64,000 nucleotides of DNA from Eledone cirrhosa (taxonomy: Eukaryota). Position numbers and translations under genes: made by a program. Of the stretch, positions 43,326 through 56,142 are shown piece by piece. A model generated the notes under the pieces. The model did not search any database, had not been told where the DNA came from, and saw only the letters and a program-made list of their open reading frames with translations. Location of the stretch: assembly GCA_964016885.1 (NCBI GenBank), contig OZ024740.1:66960001-67024000 (forward strand). The letters run 5' to 3'. Each line of letters starts with the position of its first letter. Position 1 is the first letter of the stretch.

Positions 43326-44108
43326 TATACAATATATAGAGGGGGGAAAAACACAGAAGAGTGTGTTTTTTCATTTACAGGAAGTGAAAACCACCAGAGA
43401 ATATAAGCTAAGAGAGGTTTAGCTTATATTCTCTTCACTCTGGTGGTTTAACATCCTGTAAATGAAAAAAACACACTCTCCTGTGTTTTTTCCCCTCTAT
43501 ATATTGTATCATAAAGTGCCCAGCAAATCTCTTCCCTTTGAGCTCATTTGATTACAGGATTATACGCGAGTCCTTTACTCCGTCTTTTTACTTGATATTT
43601 ACTCCATGCGTTCTCTCTGATGTCGAGCACCATAAATTGAACGGTATAGGCTGCCATTTCAAGCAGCTTGATCTGTTCATACCACGGGTCACTGCCTCGT
43701 GCACGTATTTCCCTTCTCTTTACACGTACGACAGGTGGTTTACTATAGTTCTCTCTTTAGTAGTGCGGACAATATCGATATTTGCACATGCTGATGACCC
43801 ACTAAGCCGAATTGGAACCCACTATATGGCAAAACAATATCCCAGTGAGTTTGTACATGTGTGACTTAGTTATGAGGTTGGCTTCTCATTTTAATTTATA
43901 CTTTTAATTATAATGTTTTTCCTATACCTCTCTTAGCTTATATTCTCTTCACTCTGGTGGTTTAACATCCTGTAAAGGAAAAAAACTCACTCTCCTGTGT
44001 TTTTGCCTCTGTATATATTGTCTCTTAAAGTGCCCAGGAAAACTCTTTCCTTTGATCTCATTTGATTACAGGATTATACGCGAGTCCTTTACTCCGTCTT
44101 TTTACTAA
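43326..44108 (+). mobile_element. Non-coding element with PLE-type inverted plus direct pseudo-LTR architecture
   Basis: 43326-43411 is inverted to 43419-43509, and 43419-43592 is directly repeated at 43933-44106. (TA)n borders. Confidence 0.75.
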
Positions 44109-44123
44109 GTATATATATATATA

Positions 44124-44316
44124 TAACGAAGGAAATGTGGTAAGGAACCAGGTGGACCATAACGCACCAAAGTACTCAATACTTAGGGTAGTAGAGTGGG
44201 TAATAGGAACAAGTAAGACCCCGACGGCTGAGCTGAAGCCGTTTCGACGGCTAATTCTGGAGTCCAGAATTAGCCGTCGAAACGGCTTGAACTCAGCCGC
44301 CGGGGTCTTACTTGTT

Positions 44317-44320
<4 letters not shown>
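44124..44320 (-). mobile_element. Hairpin element family C, copy 3
   Basis: Reverse orientation of 6151-6352; palindrome 44204-44320. Confidence 0.85.
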
Positions 44321-44385
<65 letters not shown>

Positions 44386-44399
44386 ATATATATATATAT

Positions 44400-44660
44400 A
44401 TATTGTTATATTTGGGTAGGGTCATATTGTTATAATATTGCCAGAAATAATAATAGAACACGCTCATTGTTTGGTTTGGGTTGGTTTTCGCTTCACTATC
44501 TTGTTTATCTCCTTAGGTAATTTATCTAGCAATCAATGTTTATCATTGATTGACCAACGGTTAAAAATACAGATATAAACATATAGGTATAGTCTATCAA
44601 AGTTCTTTCGTCACACATCTGTGACATCACAGTATCATCAGAGAAGAACTAACGTTTCAA
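44400..44660 (-). mobile_element. PLE family A terminal fragment with HHR-like motif
   Basis: Matches 9757-9990. The minus strand reads CTGATGA..GTCACAGATGTGTGAC GAAAGAACTTTGA. Confidence 0.7.
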
Positions 44661-45486
44661 TGACAGACAATATAAATAAGGAAGTCATGTGTGGAGGGAA
44701 GGTGGCATATAATTGCATGTAGGTATATATTTGTGGACATGTGTATATTTATTTATATATTCAATCAATTTAAACGTCCGTGTAAAGCTAGTAGACCATG
44801 AGAGACTAGGGGAAGTATCGAGTGCTATTTACAGTTAGTCATCAAATAGAGCGAGAGATAAAATAAATATATTTCTTACTAAGGGATTCAATATTATATT
44901 CAAAAGTAGATACATGTTTGAAGACATAAATCAGCACAGCCTCATGTACACAAATACATACATGCATAAATATACATAGTTCTACGCACGTATACAGGCA
45001 TCTATATATACACACATGCAGACATATACGTAGATACAAAAAGAAATTAAATAATGATAAACATTCCAAAATTCCAAATGTATCCTGCCTATCCTAACAT
45101 TTTCACTGACCCCTATAGACCCTCCTCCACATTCACCACCTGCCTTCCACTGACCAATTAAATTTCTATAGCTAAATTCCTTCTTTCTCTAACTACACAC
45201 ACTACTACAATTTATAGACTTCGTCTTCCACACATCCACACACCACTGCAACCACCAATCGTGCCAATCCTATCACAATTAACCCTTCTCAATTAAATCC
45301 TCATTCCTCCACTCCAAATATACCTTCTTTATATCGTACCTGCCATATTGACACACTAGTGCGAGTCTGAAGAACCTGTAATAAACACGCGAAACTCTGA
45401 AGTAACAAATCTCAATGTTTAGCTTTAATATAAATGAATATAAAATTTTTACTCCGGTATTCAGTACTCCTTCCTCTCAGCTGTCA

Positions 45487-45599
<113 letters not shown>

Positions 45600-45691
45600 A
45601 TAATTGGGGAGGGTCCTATTGTAATAATATTGCCAGAAATAATAAAAGAACACACTCACTGTTTGGCTGGAATGTATGTATGTATGTATGT

Positions 45692-46064
45692 ATGTAAAAG
45701 GCAAATAGAACTAACAACAGAATCAGTACAGTGTATGGAAATAATATATTAGGTTAACGCTTGAAATAGCAGGAACAGGGTCTTTCGGACGCTAGTCCTT
45801 CATCCATTTTGAGAGCCGATGAACACTGAGTTTTGTACCTTTCCAAATATTGCAAAACACGTTCACACGCACACACATACATACGCACACCCACGCCCGT
45901 CCCTTCAATCTTTTTTTTTATTTATCATTCTTTCTTCTTATGAAGGACTTGCGTCCGAAACCTTAGAACCCTCTTCCTGCTATTTCAAGCGTTAACCTAA
46001 TATATTCCTTCCAAATACTGTACCGATTGTGTTGTTATTTCTGTTTACCTTTTACATACATACA
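45692..46064. mobile_element. PLE family B inverted termini bounded by (TATG)n/(CATA)n
   Basis: 45692-45805 is inverted to 45940-46058 and homologous to 325-452. Degenerate HHR CTTATGA A GGAC-TTGC-GTCC GAAAC. Confidence 0.8.
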
Positions 46065-46258
46065 TGATGGCTGCCCCCTCGTTATCGAGCATTGCTATTG
46101 CACGATATGCCATTATTAATAATTATTAATTAATTCTATCGTGCAATGTCTGTGCGTGAAGATATACATACATACATACATACATGCATACATACATACA
46201 TACATACATACATACATACATACATACATACATACATACATACATACATACATACATA

Positions 46259-48812
46259 AAACATACGAAATAAGTGAGGGTACCCTTGAGACTGTGATAG
46301 AGAAACTCCAAGATAAGAAAACACCAGGAAGAGACATGATTGTCGGCTACTGGTACAAAAAACTGATATTCTATCGGAGGTATCTTACTGACTTCTACCA
46401 ACAAGTTCTTAAGGGAGATACACTTATACCAGAATGGGTGACATTAGCACAAACATTACTGGTCCCCAAGAACAAATGCACCAAACTTGGACAAAAACTA
46501 CCGACCCATTGCATGCCAGAACCTGATGTATAAGATGTGTATAGCCTGCCTGAACCTATTCCTCCAAGATCACTGTGAAAATAATAACATCATCACAGAT
46601 GAACAAGCAGCTGGAAAGAAAGGGGTTTGGGGATGTGCTGAACAACGCTTAATCAACAAAACTGCGATGTCGGAGGTGCGACAACTTAGGAGGAATGTGG
46701 CTACAGTCTGGCTGGACTACAGGAAAGCTTTCGATTCTGTTCCCCACTCTTGGATGGTAGAAGCCCTCCAACTTGCCAAAGTCGCAGACATTATTGTCAG
46801 AGTCATATAGAGATTGTCTTCTTCTTGGTTAAAGACAGAGAGGGGGGACTCTATTTTCACTGATAAAATAAAATATTTCAGGGGTATATTTCAGAGGGAC
46901 AGTCTCTCTGTGATATTATTCATCCTGTCATTAAACACCTTGTCGTTTCTGCTCAAGAAATGTGAGGGATACATCATTGGCTCACAGGAGGACAGAAATA
47001 CGAACCTAACCCATAATTTCTTTGTGGGTGATCTGAAACTCTATACCAAGAACATGGATGGGATGAAGACAAATATTGACCTGGTTACAACGTTCTCAAA
47101 GGATATAGGATTGGAGTTTAGCCAAGATAAATGCTCACACATGAATGTAAAATGGGGAAAAACAACAACCCAATCTATCAACATTGTCATCAACGGCCTA
47201 ACTGTTTCACCGATATCTGATGAGGACTGCTACAGATATCTGGGGATAGATGAGAACATATCCTATAATGGTATATGTAATAAGGAACGCGTAACTAGGG
47301 AATACTACACCCGATTAAGAAAGATCTGGTCATCGGAACTCTCTGCGCAAAACAAAACACTGGCTCAAACTGTGTTTGCTGTGCCTGTCCTAACACCAAC
47401 GTTTGGAATACTCAATTGGACGATAGACGAAATCTGAGAAGTTGATGTTGGAACTCGAAAAATACTAAACAACACCGGAAATTTCCACATCAACAGTGAC
47501 GTAGACCGCCTTTATTTGAAACGTAAGCAGGGAGGCAGAGGCCTAACATCAGTCCAGACAGCATTTGAATGTCGTATCATATCTCTCCGACAACTTCTAC
47601 GAACCTCGAAGTGTAGGAGCCCGTCCGTCGCGCAAGTATATCTACATGAAACAGATAAGATCATGAGAGTTGGGAAGGAACTCCTCGAGAGATATTCCCT
47701 GTGTGATAATCAAAAATTCACACCCAGGAAAGTCGCTCAGCAGTATCGCAGTGAATCATGAATGAAAAATTGCATGCTTATCAGCAAAAAATCATGCATG
47801 TATATGTTGCCAGGAAGCTCCAGAGTGAGAGTAATATAGATAAGAGAAATAGTCTATCTTGGACCAACAACCGCTATATTGGCTCCCACTTTGAAGGATA
47901 CGCTTTTGCAATCCAAGAACAGGAGATTAACACGAAATACTTGATTCACAAAAGAGATAGGGATGTAGGCAAAACACCTACATGTGATAACAAGTGCAGA
48001 CTCTGCAGAACTAACATCGAGGATATCACTCATGTCATCAGCATCTGTCCAAAGATGTTATCGCGGTACTATCTACCTATGAGGCATGATGTAGTGGCCA
48101 AAACACTGTACAATGCAGTTCGTAAAAACGATAGCCCCGATAATGAACACATTAAAAGCTACAGCAATGTGGAAGACATCCATGAACATAATATGAAAGA
48201 GTACTCGTGGAATGTTCCAGTAAAAACCCCAATAAAATGCAGGTATAACAGACCATATATTATGATATGGGACAGGGAGAAGAAAGCATGCACAGTAGTG
48301 GAGATTAGCTGCCCAGCATATGCCAATATAATATCAAAAATTAGCGAAAAGGAGAATATTTGTGAAGAACTTATTAGAAATCTGCTGATACTCCACCCTA
48401 ATTACACCTTCAGATTTATGCCTGTTGTTATTGGGGCACTGGGGTATCTTAGTAACTGCCTCAATACAAATATTCAGAAGTTAGGCTTTACAGGAACAGA
48501 AATAACACAACTAGTTAGGAAATTACAAGTACAATCCATTAATGGAACAGTAAAAATATGTAAAACATTCCAAAAATGTTGCATCTAATAATTGCATATG
48601 CACATGTACAGATACAAAGCATATACCCTTGCACACATACAACTCAAAACATGCACATCCACCCATACAATAACATCCATATCTACACATGCATCCATAC
48701 ATAATCTACCTAGTTGATGTTGTGTAAATTCCAATGAGAGAGTCTTGTGTCTATGTTAGAAACCCATTATCTCTCTATTGGGAAAAAATTTGTGAAATTA
48801 TAAAACCAGAAC
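46259..48812 (+). mobile_element. 5'-truncated R4-like LINE (RT and RLE), disrupted, inserted in (CATA)n
   Basis: KTPGRDMIVGYWYK, NYRPIAC, WLDYRKAFDSVPHSW, GIFQRDSLS, CRLC..EDITHVISIC and NRPYIMIWD..VVEISCP. (CATA)n at about 46165-46258 on the left and ACATACATACATA on the right. Confidence 0.92.
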
Positions 48813-48820
48813 ATACATAC

Positions 48821-48856
<36 letters not shown>

Positions 48857-48858
<2 letters not shown>

Positions 48859-49783
48859 AAATTAAATTAAGGGTGTCATGTCAAAGAGAAATGCACCATA
48901 TCCACTGTAGAATACGTTCCAAGATTCCAATGAATAGATCCGAGCATTTTATATCAAATAGAAATTGATTGACATATATATATATATCTAAAATAAACAT
49001 ATGAAACAATCAAAGGGAATAATTTGTAAAAGTGTGTAAGCACACATAACTAGGTAGGTAACTAATTGAAGTTTAACTAGAACTTTAAACATAGTTACAT
49101 TTTAAATTTATTAATTTTCCTTGTATATATTTCACCATCAATCGATCGGTAAACCACAGTAGCCAAATGCCGGATTTTCAACATAGAAGTTTTAACTATC
49201 TGTGTTTACACAGCAAATTCAAATCTGCGAATGATTAGCAGCACGTGTTGCATCTTTTAAAAATACGCACATCGTATCAGCTTCATCTCAGTGGTGTAAT
49301 CAACAACTAGAAATAGCTGTCGAGTCCTTTCAACTGTGTTAGCTCTACAATTAAAGGGCCGTATATATATCCAAAATTAAAGTAAGGGTGGCCTGTCAGA
49401 GAGACATGCGCCATATCCACTGTAGAATATGCTCCAAGATTCCAATGAATAGATCCGAGCATTTTATATCAAATAGAAATTGATTGACATATATATATAT
49501 ATATGAAATAAACATATGAAATAATCACAGGGAATAATCTGTAAAAGTGTGTAAGCACACATAGCTAGGTAGGTAACTAATTAAAGTTTAACTTGAACTT
49601 TAAACTTGAACTTTAAACATAGTTACCTTTTAAATTGATTAATCTTCCTTGTCCATCAAAGAAATATATTTCACCATCAATCGATCGGTAAACCACAGTA
49701 GCCAAATCGCTTTTACAAATTATTCCCTTTGATTGTTTCATATGTTTAATTTAGATATATATATATGTCAATCAATTTCTAGT

Positions 49784-49790
<7 letters not shown>
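48857..49790 (-). mobile_element. Non-coding element with direct plus inverted repeat architecture
   Basis: 48857-49168 is repeated at 49372-49707, and 49711-49790 is an inverted copy of 48950-49030. (TA)n borders. Confidence 0.7.
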
Positions 49791-49827
<37 letters not shown>

Positions 49828-49833
<6 letters not shown>

Positions 49834-50189
49834 GTGAGGGTTTTTTTTACAAAATGAAAAATAACCGGTGTCCTACACGAGTGAAAGTATAAAAAAAAAG
49901 ATGAAATCGAAAATGCAACTGGAGTCTTATTTAAAAAAAAATATATATATTTATTTGGTTCCTTTACCGGTTTCGCAGTTCTTCTGCTTTTCAAAAGTAG
50001 AGTTGAGATGGAGGGTCTGTGTTTTTTCTCACAAGATTAATCATGATTGTGAGAAAAACCACAGACACTCCATCTCAACTCTACTTTTGAAAAGCAGAAG
50101 AACTGCGAAACCGGTGAAAGAACCAAATAAATATATATATTTTTTTTAAATAAACTCCAGTTGCATTTTCGATTTCATCTTTTTTTCTT

Positions 50190-50190
<1 letters not shown>
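49828..50190. mobile_element. Palindromic mini-element with a variant-core HHR in each arm
   Basis: Arms about 49890-50034 and 50047-50188, 12-nt loop, unique tail 49828-49889, (TA)n borders. Confidence 0.85.
49962..49997 (-). ncRNA. Minimal type I hammerhead motif with U3/A8 core
   Basis: CTT TTGAAAA GCAG-AAGAA-CTGC GAAAC CG GTA^AAG. Confidence 0.6.
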
Positions 50191-50221
<31 letters not shown>

Positions 50222-50223
<2 letters not shown>

Positions 50224-51118
50224 AAAGAAAATTTCGTTCTACATGGCTGAATACAATAAATGTGATTTGAGTTTTTCGAATAGTAATAATAGTTTCTACT
50301 TTTGTCACAAGGCCAGCTTTTCGAATATTAATAATAACATTCGATTCGTTTGCATTTATGCAATCAAGCCTCAAATTTATAGCCATGTCAGTAGAATAAA
50401 CCATTCATTCTTGCTCTTGAGTTGGCATGCGAACAGAACTGCAGACACTAATGTTTCTGGGTATCACCCTTCATCAGTTTGGCAGGTGAACAGTGAGCTG
50501 TACTGATGAAGGGTGATATGCAGAAACATTAGTGTCTGCAGTTCTGTTCGCATGCCAACACAAGAGCAAGAATGAAGGGTTCATTCTTATGACATGGCTT
50601 TAAAAGTGAGGCTTGTTTGGATAATTGCAAACGAATCGAATGTTATTATTAATATTCGAATAAGTCAGATTACATTTATTGTATTCAGCCATGTGGAGCT
50701 AAATTTTGTTTTTTATTTGAATTTTGCAAAGCCGGCCATTTATCGCTCGTATACAGGAAACTGACTGGCCAGTCTGCTGATATGCAAATCTGGTTGATCA
50801 GTGGATCTGCTAATATGCAGATCTGACTGATCAGCCAGTCTGGTAATATGCAAATCAGGCCGATCAGTCACAGTGTATTTTTGAAAATAGCATATATTTT
50901 CACTAGCTCTGACAGTTTTACAGATGAACAGTAAGCTGTACTGATGAAGGGTGATACCCAGAAACATTAGTGTCTGCAGTTCTGTTCGCATGCCACACAA
51001 GAGCAAGAATGAAGTGTTCATTCTACTGACATGGCTATAAAATTGAGGCGTGTTTGCAAAATTGCAAACGAATCGAAAGTTATTATTAATATTCGAAAAA
51101 CTCAGATTACATTTACTA
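50222..51118 (+). mobile_element. PLE-derived element with one inverted and two direct pseudo-LTR copies, each with an HHR-like motif
   Basis: 50230-50478 is inverted to 50502-50710, with a third copy at 50921-51118. Motif CTGATGA A GGGT-GAT-ACCC A GAAACATTAG. Confidence 0.85.
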
Positions 51119-51868
51119 TATATATATATATATAATAGAAAACAAAAAATCGGTGATGCTTCTGAACTCAATGTATTGTGTGTTACAATTGTTTCGCCGG
51201 CGGACAGCTCGAGACGTGATCATTGTGTGGATTTGTCTGATTCTGAACCCGCAGGTTCGACGGACACGTCTAATGATTTCGGAGCATATTCTCTCACTGG
51301 GGCGCCAGACCACCCAGTACACGTAGACAGTAGTCCAGCACGCGCAACACATGCGTCACGGAAACTACAACTAGGGACAGAGTAAGGACAAGTATGGCCG
51401 TGGAACCCGGTAGAGGGAACACCCGGCCCTGTAGCATTGATATAGCCCCGACAACAACACCACATAGCATTAACGAGACTAACAGTAGAACCGACAATAC
51501 AAAACGGAATACCTCAGTAAGCGAACGGCGTAACTATGAAGCCCAAGGTAGACATATAGATAGCGGCAACATAGGAGACGAAGGACAACACCAGGCCCAA
51601 CACACAGTCACGCTACTACACACACACGAAGGAACAAGACATGGTCTAAGGCCGTTACATTGTTTAACGTGCCTTATTCTAAGCATGTATGCAGCAATAT
51701 ACCAGGCCTCTTCTTCCGAGCGTTAGACGAGTGCTTCCCGCCGTCGAGCAGATACCACAAGATCTTCAACCGCCACACGATGAAGTTTTCCTTCTCCACC
51801 GCACCTAACATGGCCAACTACATGGCCAAAACCAACGCGGCGAAGATGGGGAACCTCGACCGTCAACC

Positions 51869-52110
51869 GCGGCGGCCGAATGACCTGCCCCTCGCAGACC
51901 GGTCTTCCAACTACAACCCGGTCCTTGCGGCGGCCGAATGACCTGCCCCTCGCAGACCGGTCTTCCAACTACAACCCGGTCCTTGCGGCGGCCGAATGAC
52001 CTGCCCCTCGCAGACCGGTCTTCCAACTACAACCCGGTCCTTGCGGCGGCCGAATGACCTGCCCCTCGCAGACCGGTCTTCCAACTACAACCCGGTCCTT
52101 GCGGCGGCCG
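51869..52110 (+). repeat. 58-bp GC-rich tandem repeat, 4 identical copies plus 10 bp
   Basis: Unit GCGGCGGCCGAATGACCTGCCCCTCGCAGACCGGTCTTCCAACTACAACCCGGTCCTT starts at 51869, 51927, 51985 and 52043. Confidence 0.97.
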
Positions 52111-53348
52111 CCACGCCCGCGGAAGACGATACGATCCAACGCAGGGCGGAAATGAGTGGCGGCGGGGAGACCACCGTGTCAGCAGAACAACACCCAGAGA
52201 ACGAGGAGAGGGGCCTGACAGATCAAGGGCCAGCCGTCCGAAATGAACAATTTAACAACAGAACGTGCAACTGCAGAGCGGGCACACAGTGCCCCTTGCA
52301 GGGAAGATGCCTAACGAAGGTCCTGGTATATAAACGTGTGGTTAGCACGCACAATATAAAGCGCACCTACATTGGCGCAACATCCACGACCTTTAAATCA
52401 TGGATGTATAACCACACAAACTCTTTCAAGGACCGGAGCAAGAGGCACTCTACTAGGCTGGCGTCCTGAAAGACAAAGGCACCCCGTATACCCGCAACTG
52501 GAGTATCGTTCGGCACGCGAATGCATATTCGGCTGGAAATAGAAAGTGTTGGCTATGCCTATCTGAGGTTATGGAGATAGTCAGACTGAAGGATGATACG
52601 GTCAATCTGAAATCGGAAATAATCATGACGTGCAGTCACCAGAGAAGGTGCACACTCCCTGCATGTAATGCACCGGGCAGCCCAAGCTAAAGGTATGCGG
52701 CGGAGCGCACGCCGACCAAAGCGGCGAAAAGGGTTCAAGAGATCAGACACCATACCCTGTTGACTATATATGCCCCGTGGGGTAAGCGGAAATAACCCAG
52801 GATGCCTACCCGAATCTGCACGTCACCTTAGGCAAGATCATCACCTGAGCCGGTAAAGGTTGACCCGGATTCCATTGATATTCAGTCAAATGCCTTACAC
52901 CAATAATACACTATACCTCAACCACAGTGACATACTACAGTATGCCCCCCTACATGTGTATCTTTTCAGTAGAGAGTACATACTCTCCACGTATTCCATT
53001 TTGTAACACCTAATGTATTTTCCGTATACAGGCCCACGTGTGTATCTCATACTTCTCTTGTATACTATCTCATATGCATACACGTTCCTTCTTTTTTATA
53101 TATATTCTGCAGGCATTTTCTATGTATGGTCTGCGCATACTATTTACTTTAATACCATGAACGCCCATTATGTGGCTTTGCGGGAAGATTCCATACGTGG
53201 ATTGATCCATGTTCGCAACGTAACAACATCTCTGTAGATACATATAACTGAGCGCACCCTTTCATGTATAGCCCACAATGTATCTCAATGTACCCTTATA
53301 TGTATATTTTTAATATATTTTATACTTTTTTATATATATGTATATGCG

Positions 53349-53431
<83 letters not shown>

Positions 53432-53601
53432 ATATATGTAGGAGGTGAGTTTTATTGTAGTACAATAAAGCAATGCAGATATCGGATAAGAAGCACTCTA
53501 CAGTTTGTAGGACTGGAGTATACATAATATATAAGAATATGTTGATTTAAAACTGCACTATCCACAAGTGTTTTTTAGCCTTCATATCATGTCCTCCTGT
53601 T

Positions 53602-53665
53602 TTATCTGATGAAAACACAAATATTATTGCATGATGATGTTTGTTTTTGAAATGCGCATAATAAA
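53602..53665 (+). ncRNA. Degenerate hammerhead-like motif with long stem II
   Basis: TTAT CTGATGA AAACACAAATATTA..TGATGTTTGTTTTT GAAAT GC GCATAA; same layout as 40687-40740. Confidence 0.45.
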
Positions 53666-53712
53666 ATACATGGAACTCCTTTAACCATCTTTTGTTCTTA
53701 TATATATATGTG

Positions 53713-53769
<57 letters not shown>

Positions 53770-54617
53770 TTTCTATGTATGTACATGTTTATAACAAGTT
53801 GCATCCTTTCATGTATGACCCATTGTGTATCTTTATATGACTTTGTGTGTATATTCTATTTATGTATATATATATGTATATATTTTTTTCTATGCGTGCG
53901 TGGGTGTGTATGTGAATATGCACATATTTGTAGGAGTGTATATGAGCCAGTGTGTGTGTGTGTGTACAAGCACGACTGTAGGGAAAGGGCTTGTTTGTGT
54001 ATATACATGTGTGTTTGCGAGCGAGTGTGTATCTGTTCGTGTATATATGTATATGGGTACGTGTGTGTATGTGTGTGTGCGTGGGTGGAAGGGGAGGGGG
54101 TATATGTATATGTCTGTATGTATATGTCTGGATGTGTAGGGTATATATACGCGTATGCATGTGTATGCACATATGTGTGTGTGTGTTGTGTGTGTATGTT
54201 GATGTATATAGGCATGTGAGCATGCGTATGTGTTTTTATATGTTCCTCTCTGGATGCATGTATACGTATGTTTATATGTTTATATGTTCTCGTTAAATGT
54301 GTGTGTATAGCTGGAGGCTATGCGTACGACTGTCGTTATCTATGTGATTATGTTTGTGTGTGTGTGTGTGTGTGTGACTGTGAGTGCGCGCGTGGATGTG
54401 TAAACTACCAAACACAGCAGTAATTTATTGAAGTGTAGAGACATGGGGACAGTCAACGCCCTGATGGTCAGCGGACTCTGTACCTGTGGTTAGAATTATG
54501 ATGACGTAGACAACCAGCGGCCAATCACAGGACACGCGAACAGGATGAAGGTTTTGACGGTACTGGCCCAGAGGGTCAGACACCCCAGTGAGAGAATATG
54601 CTCCGAAATCATTAGAC

Positions 54618-54705
54618 GTGTCCGTCGAACCTGCGGGTCCAGAATCAGACAGATCCACACAATGATCACGTCTCGAGCTGTCCGCCGGCGAAACAATTGT
54701 AACAC
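54618..54705 (+). ncRNA. Hammerhead-like motif with a 61-nt insert in a PLE pseudo-LTR (twin on the minus strand at about 51180-51267)
   Basis: GTGT CCGTCGA [61 nt] GAAAC AATT GTA ACAC. Confidence 0.5.
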
Positions 54706-54828
54706 ACAATAAATTGAGTTCAGATGCATCACTGATTTTTCGTTTTCTATTATATCATACTCTGCTCTGTAAGAGCATAGATTACTCAATCGGCATACCG
54801 CCTATGGAAGCATCCTAGCTACCACCAG

Positions 54829-54889
<61 letters not shown>

Positions 54890-54890
<1 letters not shown>

Positions 54891-55070
54891 CTGGATTGGC
54901 AGTATCGGTAGAGGGTCGGACGCCATGCTATGACGCATAGAGTTACGGCCCTTGCCATTCTGAGTTCAAATCCCGCCGAGATTACCTTTCATCCTTACGG
55001 GGTCGATAAAATAAAGTACCCGTACTGCACTGGGATAATTGCTGGCCTTGTGCCAAAAGTAGAAACAATT
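54890..55070 (+). mobile_element. Near full-length tRNA-derived SINE
   Basis: A-box-like TGGCAGTATCGG, B-box GAGTTCAAATCCC, tail GGCCTTGTGCCAAAAGTAGAAACAATT. Confidence 0.85.
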
Positions 55071-56142
55071 ATATATATATATATATATACATATATATGT
55101 GTATGTGTTTGTGCGTGCGTGGGTGTATGTATAATTTCCATTTTGCTCTGAATATTTACGACGCTCATGATTGCGTAAATATTTATTTCTGTGCGATCTC
55201 GTAGTAATAATGACCGCTATGCCTTTGTTTCGTTGCTATGTGTCTTAAAATCTCTCTCTTTCCTTTCTCTATGTTACACATATTTCTGCGCCATTATGCA
55301 TCCCAGTCCCTAGTCTATTAGCATGATTGATTTCATTGTGGCATTTTTTTAGTACCGAATACACATTCTCAATTCCCGCATCTCTTCTAAACCCTTTTAA
55401 TCCATTTATTTCCTGAAATATTTTCAAACCAGTAACCTATTTGACCTTCCGTTTTACGTAAATACAAATTACGCAACTCACTTCTTTTGGGTATTGTTTA
55501 AACTTCCTTTTAATTCTTTTTGCTATGTATTCTCAAAACAATAATTCGAAACATTTCCATTCCACTTTTTGGCTACCTTTACCATAGACTTACAAGTGGG
55601 ATCACTTAACATTTATGGCTTCTAATAAATCATTTTCAAAACTACAGGTCTTACAAAAGTCAATCCCCCCTTAACGTTTTGCGTTTTATCTTTAAATTTG
55701 TAATATAGTAGAAAATATCTTGCTAATGCTCAACAACTTTCAATGTATGCTCTCACACTCCCCCCCCCCCTCTCTCTCTCTCTCTCTTTAACAATCATTT
55801 TATTGATAGGTTTACAGTAAAGCAAATAGTTGCTTAGTCTTAGTTCAAACATGTTTAAGCAAATCTATAACAAATTGTATAAGCAACCATAACCATTCTG
55901 TTATTTATGGGGTACCAAGGACTACATGATTATAAAGGATTACTTATTGGTTCCCGATCAGAAAACATTATCATTTCTATAGATTTTTTTTTTCTCTGTT
56001 AAACGGATTCACTTAGACATCTTGCCTGTTTGTATGTTACGTAGCCCATGACTGTAGAAGAATATTACATAGGATACTTATAATGCAATAGAAATCATCA
56101 TCAAATACGTAACTCTTGAATTTATGCATTTTAAATAGTATT

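Larger units (their letters stand above)
42940..45035. repeat. About 160-bp inverted repeat pair (42940-43100 / 44875-45035) enclosing nested elements
   Basis: TTGAATCCCTCAGTAA versus TTACTAAGGGATTCAA and flanking matches; diverged third copy at about 41910-42060. Confidence 0.7.
51135..54750 (+). mobile_element. 5'-truncated PLE (linker and GIY-YIG domain) with inverted pseudo-LTRs
   Basis: FNVPYSKHV..FFRALDECFP..YHKIFNRHTMKFSFS, CNCRAGTQCPLQGRCL..LVYK..TYIGATSTTFK..NHTNSF and WSIV..KCWLCL (51660-52640). 51135-51302 and 54583-54750 are inverted repeats. Confidence 0.88.

Noticed and set aside
51869-52110. CRISPR-like regular repeat
   Set aside because: The units are contiguous and identical, with no spacers and no cas genes, and they lie inside a eukaryotic retroelement.
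51660-52640. Selenocysteine readthrough of TGA codons as in some Naiad PLEs
   Set aside because: The endonuclease is C-terminal, the first TGA arises from the VNTR, frameshifts are also present, and no SECIS was recognised.
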